A stretch of DNA of 53,205 nt from contig MCFE01000609.1 in NCBI GenBank assembly GCA_002104905.1, positions 1 to 53,205 of the forward strand, read 5' to 3'. The notes beneath the pieces were generated by a model, which worked only from the letters and a program-made list of their open reading frames with translations, was not told where the DNA came from and searched no databases. Source of the stretch: Basidiobolus meristosporus CBS 931.73. Lineage: Eukaryota; Fungi; Basidiobolomycota. Shown here piece after piece: positions 1 to 12,017 of the stretch. Within the stretch, counting starts at the first letter, position 1, and every line of letters starts with the position of its first letter. Both the position numbers and the translations under genes were made by a program.

Positions 1-539
1 CATTTCAGAGTGAGGGTAGAGCATACATGTGGACATCTGAAGAGACTCAGCATATTAGCAGGTAAATACTGGGAAAGTCATATATAAGAGAAAACAGCAG
101 AATAGGTAAAAAAGTTAAGATACTTATTTATGCACATTATATTCATACAAGAAGACATCCACTGAAAGAGATGTGTCTGGAGCATTATGAAGAGTAAATA
201 AAGCAAGGAAAGTACTATTCTGAGCAACATAAGTAAGATTGAGTAAAATTACCATAACTATATCCTACCTCTGGCATTATGGTAGATAATATAGTGCCAG
301 ATAGTGCCATAGATTGCCAAATTGATCCAATACTATAAACTGGCTGGTACAATGTGGCACTATCCAACAGAATAAGTCTATTATATCTACTTCTGTCTGA
401 TAAGATCTGCTGATCTATCTGGGAGCAATACTACTGACTCAATAGATCAGACTGATGTGCTGGTAGTCCAAGCATTTATTTAACTAGTTTAACTATTAAC
501 TGATCTAATTAAACAATCAGTAGTAGAACATTGCATTCT

Positions 540-2310
540 TCTGTAATAAAGCTGAGAGGGTTCTCCTGAATCTCTTTACTTATGATACCAGTATCTTGAT
601 GGCTCAAACTTCTTCCAGGTGTTGGTTCTTAGTAATACATAGTTCCCAATGTCAAAGCCTATGGTAATAGAGTCTTATCAAATCTCTGTTTCATCTTTTC
701 AGTACTTTGTGATATTTAGGCCAGTCCCTCCTGACATTTTTGTTCCAATTTTTTGTGTCTGCTAGGTAGAACAAGTTCATCCTCCAAGTTGTTGGTGAGC
801 TTTAGTTCTGTGGGATATCCTGCAATCCTTGTTTCACATCCATACAATAAGTAAAATGGTGAATGTTGGGTAGTGTTGTGCACCCTTACATTACAGTCAG
901 GCAGTGCTTGGTCAATATAGTTAGCCCATATACATACAACTTCATTTGCATACACGGTGAGCATTTTCTCAAGTAATCTATTCAGCTGCTCAGTGACTCC
1001 ATCAGTTGAAGGGTGATATTCCATATTTTTCACATGTTTGATCTGCTGCATATCCAGGTAGGCTTCCAATGGTTTTGCCATAAAGTTTGCTCCTCTATCA
1101 GAAAATATTTCCACAGGACATGCAAACTTCAACAGGATCTCATGGCAGGTGAAGATAGCAACTTCTTGTTCACTGGCTACTAGTACAGCTCTGGTTGTTA
1201 GCCATTTGTTGACATGGTTAATTGCTACTAGAATCCACCAATTGCATTTCTAGTCATGGCAGCATTCCAATATAGTCAGTTCCCCATCCCTCAGATGGTC
1301 TTATAGGCTCCAAAGGAAAATGCTTAGCAACTCACTGTGGTTGACCTTGTTTGATTTGACAACTTGGGCAATAGGCAATAGGGCATCCATCAGCAATCTG
1401 GTAAAGCATTTCATCCTGTACTACAAATTTACTGGCTTCATCCCACATAATCATCTTAATATTTTTATTCATCACATTAGGAATGGCTTGGTCCTCCAAG
1501 TACTTTGGTAATAAGCTGGACCAATCTGTTTGATGCACCAGGTTAAGTTGTGCAACTAGTTATAGTCCTGATAAGGCATCAGCAACCGTGTTATTTTTCC
1601 CAGGGCAACAGGCAGTCTCTAGGTAAAATTGATGAATATAGTCACTTCATCATGTCATTCTTCTGGATGGTGCCTTCTGAGTAGATGGACACTTAAGTGA
1701 AGCCTGATCAGTCTTCACCGTGTACTTGACTCCATTGATGTAGCATATCCAGGTTGTTAAGCTATTATCATGGCAAGCATCTCCTTCTCATGCATTGGAT
1801 AGTTTTGTTCTGCAGAGTTCAGTTTATTAGGTCCAAAAGCCACAGATATTCCCTTCCTTCATGTTCTTGGCCCCATACCCCACTAATTGCATAATCTACA
1901 TGCTTTACAGAACTGTTTCTTACTAAGTTTACTTGTGTTGAGCCTACTGGAGTTGACCAAGATGAAATCCAGTTTGGCAGGTAGTAGCTCATATGATTGA
2001 TTGCCTTTTTGGATTTGAGCAGCATGGGTTCTCTAAATGATTGATGGATAACAGTTGAATAGCCATGTTTCCCAAGCACAAGGTCAAGTTTGCAGTTTCC
2101 AAATATGTAGACCTATAAGTCTTCTTCATAGTCATTGATTTTCATTCTCACTGGCTGAGTAGTGTGGCTGATTATGTGAGAGTTCCCATCTGCTGTTGAA
2201 ACTGAAGTTGGTTTGGTAAATTCTGAGCTGATTCTAGCATTCAAGGCAAGTTGCTCTGACACAAACATGTGTGAAGCTCCTGAGTTAGTTGTGATCTTGG
2301 TAGGCACTCC
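540..2310 (-). mobile_element. Degenerate Ty3/Gypsy pol remnant (protease, RNase H, integrase), RT apparently deleted
   Basis: Protease-like TNSGASHMFVS (2113-2307); RNase H-like DYAISGVWGQEHEGRE and AEQNYPMHEKEMLA (about 1770-1900); integrase core PVEIFSDRGANF...YHPSTDGVTEQLNRLL...H-S-PFYLLYG (716-1132); F-DIGNYVLL...KKFEP tail near 600-660. The order PR-RH-IN is Gypsy-type. Many stops and frameshifts. Confidence 0.85.
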
Positions 2311-2326
2311 CCCTGTGAAAGATTAT

Positions 2327-3153
2327 TGTGATGATCCTATCAAAAGGTTATCACAAAGTTAAAATCCTGAGACTATGAGGTACTGATCCTATCAGGACAC
2401 TGTCCAGACACCCTTGAAAAATAATTGCACCCCAGATTTCACAAAAAACTTGGTTAAAGTTCCTCATCACAACAATGTATAAGTGGCTTTTGATTGGTTC
2501 CCTGCCAATTTGCTCACTTTCTGAACTCAGACACTCTATCTCCTCCTATAATTGTGCGCATTGATTAGCTATTGCCTCTTTTTCACACTCCTTACTTGTT
2601 GACTCAACCACTTCTCTTACTTCTCATGTGTACCAATTGATTTATTTCTATTAAAACTTCAGTTGTACCTCAATTGCTAATGGTATTGACCTATACAAGT
2701 CCCTATACCCTAAACTAACATTAAGCCCAACCCCACACTCAACAAGTAACTCCATTAAAATCTACCATTCAACAAGTATTTCTGCTGTAATGCTCTGGTT
2801 CCACAACTTTGGTGGAACCTAACAGCTTTATGCCATTGTTCATTCACTGGTTTCCACATGTCCTGGTCTTCATCCAGTACGGCAAGGTCTAGCACCCTAT
2901 CTGCCAGTCATTGCAATGAATCCTTGCAATATTGCTACTTTGACTGAGTGCTTCTTGAGTGGTACTACACTTTTTCCTTGATAAATGTTGGGCTAGTGCA
3001 TCTGTGTCTGCCTGCTTGTCCCTAATTGGCACTCTTCCACCTACCTGATGTCTCTCTGATGCTTTTCTGGAGCTTTTGTTCCAGCTGGTAATGGACTCTT
3101 GAGGAAGCTGCTGGTTTTTAGCCATAGAACCCTTGTTCTTCTGCCTTTGATAG
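2327..3153. repeat. Degenerate copy of the TIR element at 12018-13279
   Basis: Begins TGTGATGATCCTATCAAAAGG. 2327-2945 aligns by eye with 12018-12620 and about 2960-3120 with about 13040-13220, so it has an internal deletion. The right end is not well defined. Confidence 0.8.
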
Positions 3154-3801
3154 TTTCTGCTATTCTTAATATACTTTCTTAGCATACCAATGCTGGCACA
3201 AAATCTGTTTGCCTGTTTGAATGTTGGATAATGGTCATGGAACAAGTCAAGTGCATTTTGCTTGGCCTTGAGTTTCTGATAGTCCCTTGGTATGCTGGCC
3301 TTAAGGTGATGGTGTGCTAAAATTCTGATGGCCTCTTAAATATCAGCCCACTCTTCATTACTGCACACAATGGCTTCATGGATCTTCAATGTCTTTTGAT
3401 TTTTAGGCTTTGGTATAAACACCACATTGTCTCCCTCCCATGCTTTGATAGGTTTTTCTGTGGGCTTTATCTTTGGGCACTGTTGTTGTGCTTCAAAGAC
3501 TATATGGTGTGTGAGTACCAAATGTAGTACCCACTCTTTGCCCAAGAGTTCTCCCCAGTCTCCTACCCCAAGTCCCCCAGTATCCTCCCTATGATTCCCC
3601 AATGTGTCCTCCCTCCTGTTCCTGCCCTTATCTAGCTAGAACACTTGCTACAACAGGAAGGTATTCACACCCTTATTTTATAACACATTATCTATTATCT
3701 AAGCCCCTCTGAGTGATGTTTATATATATCCAATTGAGCCAAATGAGAGAACAACAAAATATGGACAGAATAAACACAAGTCTTTATTACCTTGCTACCT
3801 T

Positions 3802-4128
3802 CTATTGGAAGCTATTCTGATCTAAGTGATACTGACTTGACCTACAAGCCCTCCCACTCACCAGGTATGGTTGATAATAACCCACAGGGGGTTCCTCTGC
3901 TGTTACTCCAGGAAATAGCTCAATTCTTGGCTGTGACATTGAGCTACTTGAGTTCCTTCTTTGCAGCAAAGATACTGCTTTCTCTACCTGAGATATTGAT
4001 TGTTCTACATGTATTATCCACTCATTCTGCTTCTGGACTATTTCCTGATTTTTCTGGGCCATTGCATCTATCCTATCAGCCACTGCACTTAATTGCTTCA
4101 TTAATGCTCTAGTAAGAGCTGACAACAT
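3802..4128 (-). CDS. Coiled-coil-like ORF of unknown origin, probably TE-derived
   Basis: 108-aa ORF with a heptad-like segment (LMKQLSAVADRIDAMAQKNQEIVQKQNEWIIHVEQSISQVEKAVSLL) inside CpG-depleted DNA. No family recognised. Confidence 0.3.
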   Translation of the reverse strand: MLSALTRALMKQLSAVADRIDAMAQKNQEIVQKQNEWIIHVEQSISQVEKAVSLLQRRNSSSSMSQPRIELFPGVTAEEPPVGYYQPYLVSGRACRSSQYHLDQNSFQ

Positions 4129-4759
4129 ACTTGCAAATATGGGTGATGGTGATGTGATGCAGCCACTTGCTGGTCTTCAACTGAGGGTACTGCATTTGCT
4201 ACATTCTCATCTGCCTGAGCATGATGGTCAGCTTGTGGCTCTGCAGAGGTTCTCAATTGTCTACTTGATTGAGAGCCTGAGGAGTCTGGATTATTACCTT
4301 CAGTGGGAAACTGTTAACATGGCCTTTTTTAGATGTAGCCCTGCTTGTTGCACTGAATGTCAAAGCAAGCTGTTTCCAACTGCTCTTATGTTGCTGTCAG
4401 CGGTGGGGTTTGGTTGGGAACCAGAGAGCTTTGCTTTATTTTTTGGCGGCATATATATGGAAGTGAGTCAAGCCAAAGGGGATATGGTGCTACATATACA
4501 TATGTATGTGGTGCCACAACTTTATTTATAATGCTTACTATGGCAGGTCATCATTGAATCTTACATTCATGTAGGTGCAATGTCTCAAATACAAGACTGT
4601 CTTAAATAGACATGAGTATTGACCATAAAGTGATATAATAGTGATATGTTGCCAAAGGTCAAACTGTTTGCCCCATGGACAAGACTACTTTGACTCGGTG
4701 CCATAAGAGAAGAGAGAAAAACCATGCTGCTATGGTAGCAAGCCTCTCTGCCTTGAAGC

Positions 4760-5830
4760 ACACAGACAGCATAAAATGTATTACAAGGATCACAGCTGGT
4801 GTTTTGCCACACAAGTCATATTTGACCATTCATTGGGCACTTCTGTACTACCATTATATTGCCGGCCAGTTGATACTTCTATATTAGCACCTAGCCAGAT
4901 TTGTCACCTTGTGCAAACTGGGTCAGGTGAGTTTGTGATGCCTCTAGGATCACCTCAGCCTTCTGAATATGGCATGCAGAGTGATAGTTCTGACAGAGAA
5001 GGTTCACTGATGGATTGTGAGCCTATCTCTCTTAGCAACTGTGCCACATATGAGCCTGGTCAAATCCAAATATGCAATGTGACAACACTTGTTGAACAAG
5101 TACCAAGGATACTTTGTGGAGCCAAGTGAGCCCAATAATCTATCTACTGGTGAATGATGTAATGTTGTAGCTAGAGAAGTGGCACATTTCCATTAATATC
5201 AGTAATGGGAGCTATGAGGATTTACTACAACTTCTTGCCAAAACCATTCCAGGATGCAACCTTCCATACACATGTTACAAGTGTACAAAGGTCATGCAGC
5301 TGGCAACATATGATCCAGAGACTGTCCTGATCCCAGCATGTGTTAACAGTTCCATGGCATTCACATCCAAAATGCTACCATTGCAACATGTTCAAGTTGT
5401 CAGGAAATCACTACCATTGAGGGAAAACATTGTTCACACTCTGGATATATTCCAGTCATACCCCATCTGAGGAAGCTAATGCAGACCAATAAATATTGCA
5501 AAGCTATACAGTACTGTGCTCAGTATCAATCAAGTGCAAACATATCCAATAAATTCAATGGCAAACATTACAAACAGCTAAGAAGAAAGGGCTACTTTGG
5601 AGGTATGTATGATCATACCTTTGCCTTAGCACTTGATGGATTCTTATTAAATAAGAACTCTACCAGCAAATCCTGCTGGCCACTGATTCTCACAAATCTG
5701 AATCTGCCACCCATCTTACAGCACAGAGCAATAATCTGATCATAGTCACACTGATATCTGGGCCTAAATCACTGTCTAACCTGGATAGCTATCTATATCC
5801 ATTGCTGCATGCATTCTGTATGCTCTCCAG
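4760..5830 (+). mobile_element. CACTA/EnSpm (Tnp2-type) transposase remnant
   Basis: FALALDGFLLNK...CWPLILTNLNLPP (5479-5739), followed by GPKSLSNLDSYLYPLL (about 5760-5810) and an upstream IPACVNSSMAFT motif (about 5330-5365). These match the fungal EnSpm transposase pattern. Frameshifted. Confidence 0.8.
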
Positions 5831-6279
5831 AGGGATATGTGGTAATGGAAAGTATTCCATTACTACAATATCACTAAACCAATATTGCACTCATTTCTTT
5901 GTTGTGCTTTTTGCTATTGTAACACACAAGTGAAAGATCAAGAAGTTCCAACTTTGAAGGACAAATGCTCCAGACCCTGACAAGCAATTCACCCAGGGAT
6001 ATTATGTCATACAGAACATGTAGTAACCAACATATGCTTCTAATTACAGCTCATTTGAAGCAGTACTTAAGGAGTTATGACCTAAAGAGTCCAATTGTTA
6101 TATACACTATGCCTTATAGCTAGTATTACTATGGTGACTTTGATTGCATGTAACTTTCAAACCAGCCAATCAAATCACACGAAATTCTCACAGGTGCTGC
6201 ACCTATGTCTGATCTGTGCCACTGCAATGATTTTATCTTTGTATCACATGTATTGCTTGCGCAATTGCCCAAAAACTGT

Positions 6280-6900
6280 GATCCTTCAGAATATTAATAT
6301 ATATGACTTCCCCAGCTGAAAAATAAAGGGAGAGCCTCTCTTTCCAGAATCTCCACACTACAATTACAAGTTTAAAGGTTATAAGACTTCCCCTGCATCA
6401 CTTGCACTGTTGAGTATTCTGACTTTGATTGGTACTACATCAGTAAAGAGACTGCAAAGCTCACAAGAATCCAATCTAAGTTCTACAAAAAACTACCACT
6501 TTTCTGTTGGAAAAGTCCCCTCTAAGAAACCCCTTTACTCTAAAGAAACCCCTTTAGACACCTCTTTAGAGACTTCTACAACACACCCCTTTAGGTTAAA
6601 GGAAAGTTCAGAATTTCCATATTAGGAAATATTTTCTCAGAAAGGAAAGTGACTTCCAAATAAGGAAACATTACTATAAAAGAAAATAAGCCCATTAGTC
6701 AACGGAAGGTCAGAACACTGCTGTAGAAGTGATAAACACTGCCTATAGTAAATCTTGAGCCTAAGATTGAGGAAATTAGTGAAAGTTATATCTTCTATTG
6801 GTATATCAAACTCCCAATAAACTATTTCAGTATTAGCATACTGGAAGTTGTTGTATATTGTTGATTAGCCTCTACATTGTAGAACAAGCCCCAAATTAAT
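6280..6900 (+). repeat. Dispersed repeat, copy 1 (copy 2 at 18395-18790)
   Basis: GATCCTTCAGAA...CCAGCTGAAAA...GGTTTAAAGG... aligns with 18395-18620, and 6770-6900 aligns with 18650-18790. This copy has an extra segment with short AAACCCCTTTA-like repeats at about 6525-6595. Confidence 0.8.
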
Positions 6901-6939
6901 CATAATACAGCACAACAGATAGCAGTAAATGGCCATTAT

Positions 6940-7450
6940 GTAAAAGTGCCTATTAGTTTCTGCATTAGAGATACCCCAACCATCAGCAAGATAGCAGGTT
7001 TTTTGGGCCCAATGGATGGTATTGCTCTCAAATGTGTGAGATCCAGGGGATTTACTCCATAACTCACACACATTATTATAACCCAAACACCAGCACTAAG
7101 AACCTCAACTTTCCACACAGAGAATGTGCAGAAGTCAGCATGCAATTGCAGCAAAAGTTGGCAAGCTATAAGCCATTGGCCAGAATATGGGATCAATTGG
7201 AAACCAGAGACACTTAAGATGGAGAGTATCTGTTAGCGCAAAAGATTTCCACTGGGAGTAATGCATTTGCTTTTCAACAATATCCCTACACTGATGACTA
7301 AGTTGTACTTGGGGCATTTCAATCAAATGAGACCTTCAAGATACCAGAGAAATTTGAAAGAATTGAAGGATATTACAGAGTATCTGCTACCTTAAGTACT
7401 TCTCATGGGCTCCAATCAATATTTGTAGGTATATGCAACAATTATAGTTG
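6940..7450 (+). mobile_element. Further EnSpm transposase remnant
   Basis: DTPTISKIAGF(L)GPNGWYCSQMCEIQGIYS..HYY resembles the D-P-x-SK..GF-G-NG...C..C.I.G motif of fungal EnSpm transposases. Frameshifted. Confidence 0.55.
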
Positions 7451-7699
7451 CTTTCCTAAGTTTCAGTCATTTGGGAAAAGTATTCTTCTGTAATATATAG
7501 ATGAGCTCTGAGGGTTTTTATTTTCATCCTCCGTATCACTATGTTCTTGGGCTTCAATATGGTTGAGGGCTCTTGCTGACTAGTGTAAATATATCTGAGG
7601 GCAGTACTCTGAGATGTGCTCATGCCGGTGGCAACAAAGGCCTTTCTGCTTACATTCTTCTGTTCAGGGATTCTTATGCATAGCACCTGATTTCATTGG

Positions 7700-8000
7700 G
7701 ACTGCTTCTGATTGTCTTTTTTCATAATGTTGTAACTTCTCATATTAGTCACTGTAGGCTTTCCAAGTCCAAGTATAGCTGAGTCATTGTCAATGGCAAT
7801 CTTGATGGCTTCTTTGATAGTCTGAGGTATTCAATAATCTACTTCCTTGCAAGTTCTTTCTTTAAATCCATCAAGGAGGTATTCAACTTGATTTAGGGTA
7901 TCAATCTGTCCAACTAGACATCTATGCTCATAGATTTATTCTTGAGCAATTCCTTTTTGTGAGAGTATCTTCAGCTTCCACCTTTATAATGTCTGCTGTT
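7700..8000 (-). mobile_element. Ty3/Gypsy gag fragment
   Basis: The minus strand reads VGQIDTLNQVEYLLDGFKERTCKEVDY*IPQTIKEAIKIAIDND, the typical F-GLK...P-T-EAI-A end of a Gypsy capsid domain, with an internal stop. Confidence 0.55.
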
Positions 8001-8039
8001 GTGGGGGCTCAAGAGCATTCTATAACTCCAAAATAAACT

Positions 8040-8286
8040 TATCTCAGATAGCAATAGTACAGCATCCCATCATAGTGATCAGCCTGTTCTTGTTGTGGTA
8101 TCACTGTAAAGCTGTCTCTGCCAAATATGAAGCTGCACAGTGCACTTGCTTTTGGGGGTAATTCATTTAGCCTCAAAACTGCCTGACCATGTACATGGTA
8201 TAAATGGATAACTGTCATGCAGCTGGCAACATATGACCCAGGGACTGTCCTGATACCAGCATGTGTTAACAATGGCATGGCATTAT
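8040..8286 (+). mobile_element. EnSpm fragment interrupted by an LTR; last 94 bp duplicated at 11554-11644
   Basis: GTCATGCAGCTGGCAACATATGACCCAGGGACTGTCCTGATACCAGCATGTGTTAACA matches 5291-5348 and recurs at 11572-11630. Confidence 0.75.
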
Positions 8287-11200
8287 TGTTGCAATATTAT
8301 GAGGAGTATTGGAAGTGATATGGAGAACTAGAGGATTTACATGTTACTCCCTTATGGATTTATTGATCAAAAGTGTGGTATTTATACTTATGATGAAGTA
8401 GAGCAAACAAACATGTGGAGTTTGCTAATGAAGATCCCAAGAATATGAGTGCAAAGTGTGGGGGCTTTTGGACAACTTTGAGAAAGATCATAATCTGGGT
8501 ACCTGATAATTTGGTGAAAATATTCTAAGTAAATCCAACAAGAAATTTAGTCAGGACAGTATGCTAATCAAAGAATAAGATATATGTGACTAAGTTAGCA
8601 TGAATATTTTGGTGATGACTTAGTAATTACAACACTCCCACTCAACATAATATTCACGAGTAATAAATAAATATTGAGAGTGTGCTATCAGTAATAAGCA
8701 TGTAAGACTTAGCTGTGTTGCATACTGGACTAGTATATTATCCAACAGTATATGCATCTGTGCTCAACTTACTTGAACAAGAAAATACTTGTAACTCAGT
8801 GTGTATATCTACTTAATAGTACACCTAAAAATCACAATGATCTGATCAATGTACTATTCATTAGTTTTGATCAGTTGTAGAAGATGGAATAGTGCTCTAA
8901 GCCTAATTATCAGACTGTAATGCTGCTATATAGCCTCTGGGCTATCCAATGTTTTTTATTTGAGCAAAATTGACCCACTTTTGGTGAAGTTATGGTTTTG
9001 TCATTTATGGCAGATCAGGAGTTTTCTTATTTCCAGACAAAAGTCTAATTCACTTAGACAACTTCACTGTATGTCCATATTTGGCTCAGGGACAGTTACA
9101 TCCATGATATAGACTCTATATGAGGTAAAAGAAATGACCTATATTGGGCCAAGTTAAGGTTTTGTCATTTACGCCTGATCTGAATTATCCTCATTTCCTG
9201 GCACAGTGGCACATGCACACATGGCCAAAAAAAAGGTTTTTGCTCAACTCTGAGCTGGGATGGCCTGCTCCCACTTGACCCACGTCTGTTTAGTGATTCA
9301 GATCCACAAAAATTGATCTAGAGTGGTCATCTTTGTCTTTCTTGAGTGGCAATAACTTTCTTTGGACTGAATACTTCATTTGTGGTATATTCAAAGTCCA
9401 TATGTTTCTTGATTTACCCAGTTTGGAATTAGAAAGGTACCATTGGTGGTTTGGTAGCTGTTTTTAGAGTGCTTCCACTGATTTGCATTGATATGTTGCT
9501 TTTGTCTTATCAGAATATACTTGTAGAGTAGATACTGGTGCTTTTCCAGAAGTGAGATTCTCTTTAGCAAGGGTTTTGATTATCCTTATTCTCCTGATAG
9601 TTATTTGCAACCTTGAGCTTGGTTTGCAAGGCTAACTGATCTTGTCAGTGTCTTCAGTATCCATAAAAACCATCTGGTTGATCCTTGCGCCTTTTTCTTG
9701 AGATATACTACAGTATCTGGCAGATCCTGTTGAAATTTCAAGGCTCTTCTGGGGTTTCTGGCTTGGGAACTATGTACAAGGGGCTCCATGGAATATATCT
9801 GCACTGCCAGATAGTCCCAATATAGCCTACATAGGTTTTGGCTCCATTTCGGAAGTACTCCAATTTGCAGTAGTAGTATTTTCCCATTTTTCTTCCTTTT
9901 CTCTTTCTGCTGATGATCCAAGGGAATTCCTTTTGTGGAATGGTTCTGGACTTCCTTACAGGTGGGACCACAGTGTGTTTGAGCATAGAATACCTCATGA
10001 CATCATTTGTCCATAATATTTGACTACTTGAGAGTAATATAGTAAAAACTGGCATCCACTTAGATCAATCATAACATTTGATAGAGTTGTCCAAATTTGA
10101 TCAAATAAACTGCATCTGCAAGCTAGTTTCATCAGTGCTTTGGTATCAGACTCCAGTATATCAGCTTTTTGAGTTGCAGAGCTTGGCAGTCACTTGATCA
10201 ATCACAATTCTTTTGATCTGATCCAGAGAATTAAATGGCACCAAGTGTTTTCTCCCACTGTAATAAGTCATTTATATATAACAAGTATAAGGTACTATAT
10301 AATCATCTGAGTGGCTTGCAGTTTGTATACTGGCCAACTGTTGCTTGGTTGTATACTCTAATCAGGCTGGCAATCATTTGCTTCACTCTCTCTGGCTGGT
10401 GGTGGAATCTTCTTGAGTGGATTTTGCTGAGTTTGTATAAAACTTTCTCCCATTGTTTTCAGACTTACACAGAGTGATAGATTGTCTAACAGCTCCATAC
10501 TTGGCTCCTGGTACATTACTTCCAGTATCAAAACACTTGATACAAATATAGCATTCTTCCATTGGACTGTGTAGTATATATCCGTCCTCCAGATAGGTAT
10601 AAATGTATTATATATTGTCAGAATCCTTACAGCTCAGGAAGCTAGTTTCTAAAATCTCATCCCATTAATAGGTAGTCCAGAATAGCAGTTAACAGCTCCA
10701 GTTTTTGCATTCTTAGCCTTCTTTTGAGTGATAACAGATTTGGTAAAATCTTCCTCCAGCAATCATTCAGTGATGATCTATTTTTTTTTTCAATTCAGGA
10801 TAATATCCTATCCAAAAGCTTGTCTAACAGTCAATTGAGGTCATATGAGTACATAGAGCAATATATTTCATTGTAGATCTGGACCCTCAATTGCTGGAAT
10901 TACATAATTTTCTTTAGTATTGGTAGAGCACCAATGTACTATATTTCTTGACATATTTACATGTTAGCTCAATAGACTTTCCTTCATAACCAGCTTGCGT
11001 AGTTGCTGAATGAGTCTTTTGAAGGCACAGCCTTCTTCTCCACAGCAATATCCTCATGAACATAGTCCTTGCAGCAGCGGTAATCATCTTTAACTTTGGC
11101 AGGGCAATAGTGCTGAAAGTCTTTCCCCAGACTAGCAGAAAGGATCCAAGGCAAAGTAGACACCAAGAGGACAGCAAGCTTGGGGTTCATAACCTGTTGC

Positions 11201-11542
11201 AATATTCTGAGGAGTATTGGAAGTGATGGGGAGAACTAGAGGATATACATGTTATTCCCTTATAGATTTATTGATCAGAAGTATGGTATTTTTACTTTTG
11301 ATGAAGTAGAGCAAACAAACATGTAGCGTTTGTTAAGGAAGATCTCAAGAATATGTGTGCAAAGTTTGGGGGCTTTTGGACAACTTTGAGAAAGATCATA
11401 ATCTGGGTACCTGATAATTTGGTGAAAATATTCTAAGTAAATCCAACAAGAAATTTGGTCAGGACAGTATGCTAATCAAAGAATAAGATCTATGTGACTA
11501 AGTTAGCATGAATATTTTGGTGATAACTTAGTAATTACAACA
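8287..11542 (-). mobile_element. Non-autonomous or decayed Ty1/Copia-type LTR element, about 3.26 kb
   Basis: 348-bp LTRs at 8287-8634 and 11195-11542 (TGTTG...CAACA). PPT GTTGAGTGGGAG adjoins 8634; PBS GGTTATGAACCC at 11183-11194. The sequence after the PBS resembles the gag start of the 13360-18394 element. No intact pol. Confidence 0.8.
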
Positions 11543-11644
11543 CTCCCACTCAATGGTATAAATGGATAATTGTCATGCAGCTGGCAACATATGACCCAGG
11601 GACTGTCCTGATACCAGCATGTGTTAACAATTGCATGGCATTAT

Positions 11645-11992
11645 TGTTGCAATATTATGAGGAGTATTGGAAGTGATATGGAGAACTAGAGGATTTACAT
11701 GTTACTCCCTTATAGATTTATTGATCAAAAGTGTGGTATTTATACTTTTGATGAAGTAGAGCAAACAAACATGTGGAGTTTGCTAATGAAGATCCCAAGA
11801 ATATGAGTGCAAAGTGTGGGGGCTTTTGGACAACTTTGAGAAAGATCATAATCTGGGTACCTGATAATTTGGTGAAAATATTCTAAGTAAATCCAACAAG
11901 AAATTTGGTCAGGACAGTATGCTAATCAAAGAATAAGATATATGTGACTAAGTCAGCATGAATATATTGGTGACAACTTGATAATTACAGCA
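11645..11992 (-). repeat. Solo LTR (same subfamily as 8287 and 11195)
   Basis: 348 bp, TGTTGCAAT...TACAGCA, nearly identical to 8287-8634 over most of its length. Flanks ATTAT / TTTAT form an imperfect TSD. Confidence 0.9.
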
Positions 11993-12017
11993 TTTATATC
12001 ACCCTATGAGAAACTAT

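Noticed and set aside
9738-10055. RKRKGRKMGKYYYCKLEYFRNGAKTYVGYIG resembles the N-terminus of prokaryotic IS1634-type transposases
   Set aside because: It lies inside a Copia-derived element, and another frame gives EPKPM*AILGL, similar to the Copia EPKSVKCIFLGL. No DDE domain follows. Chance or decayed Copia is more likely.
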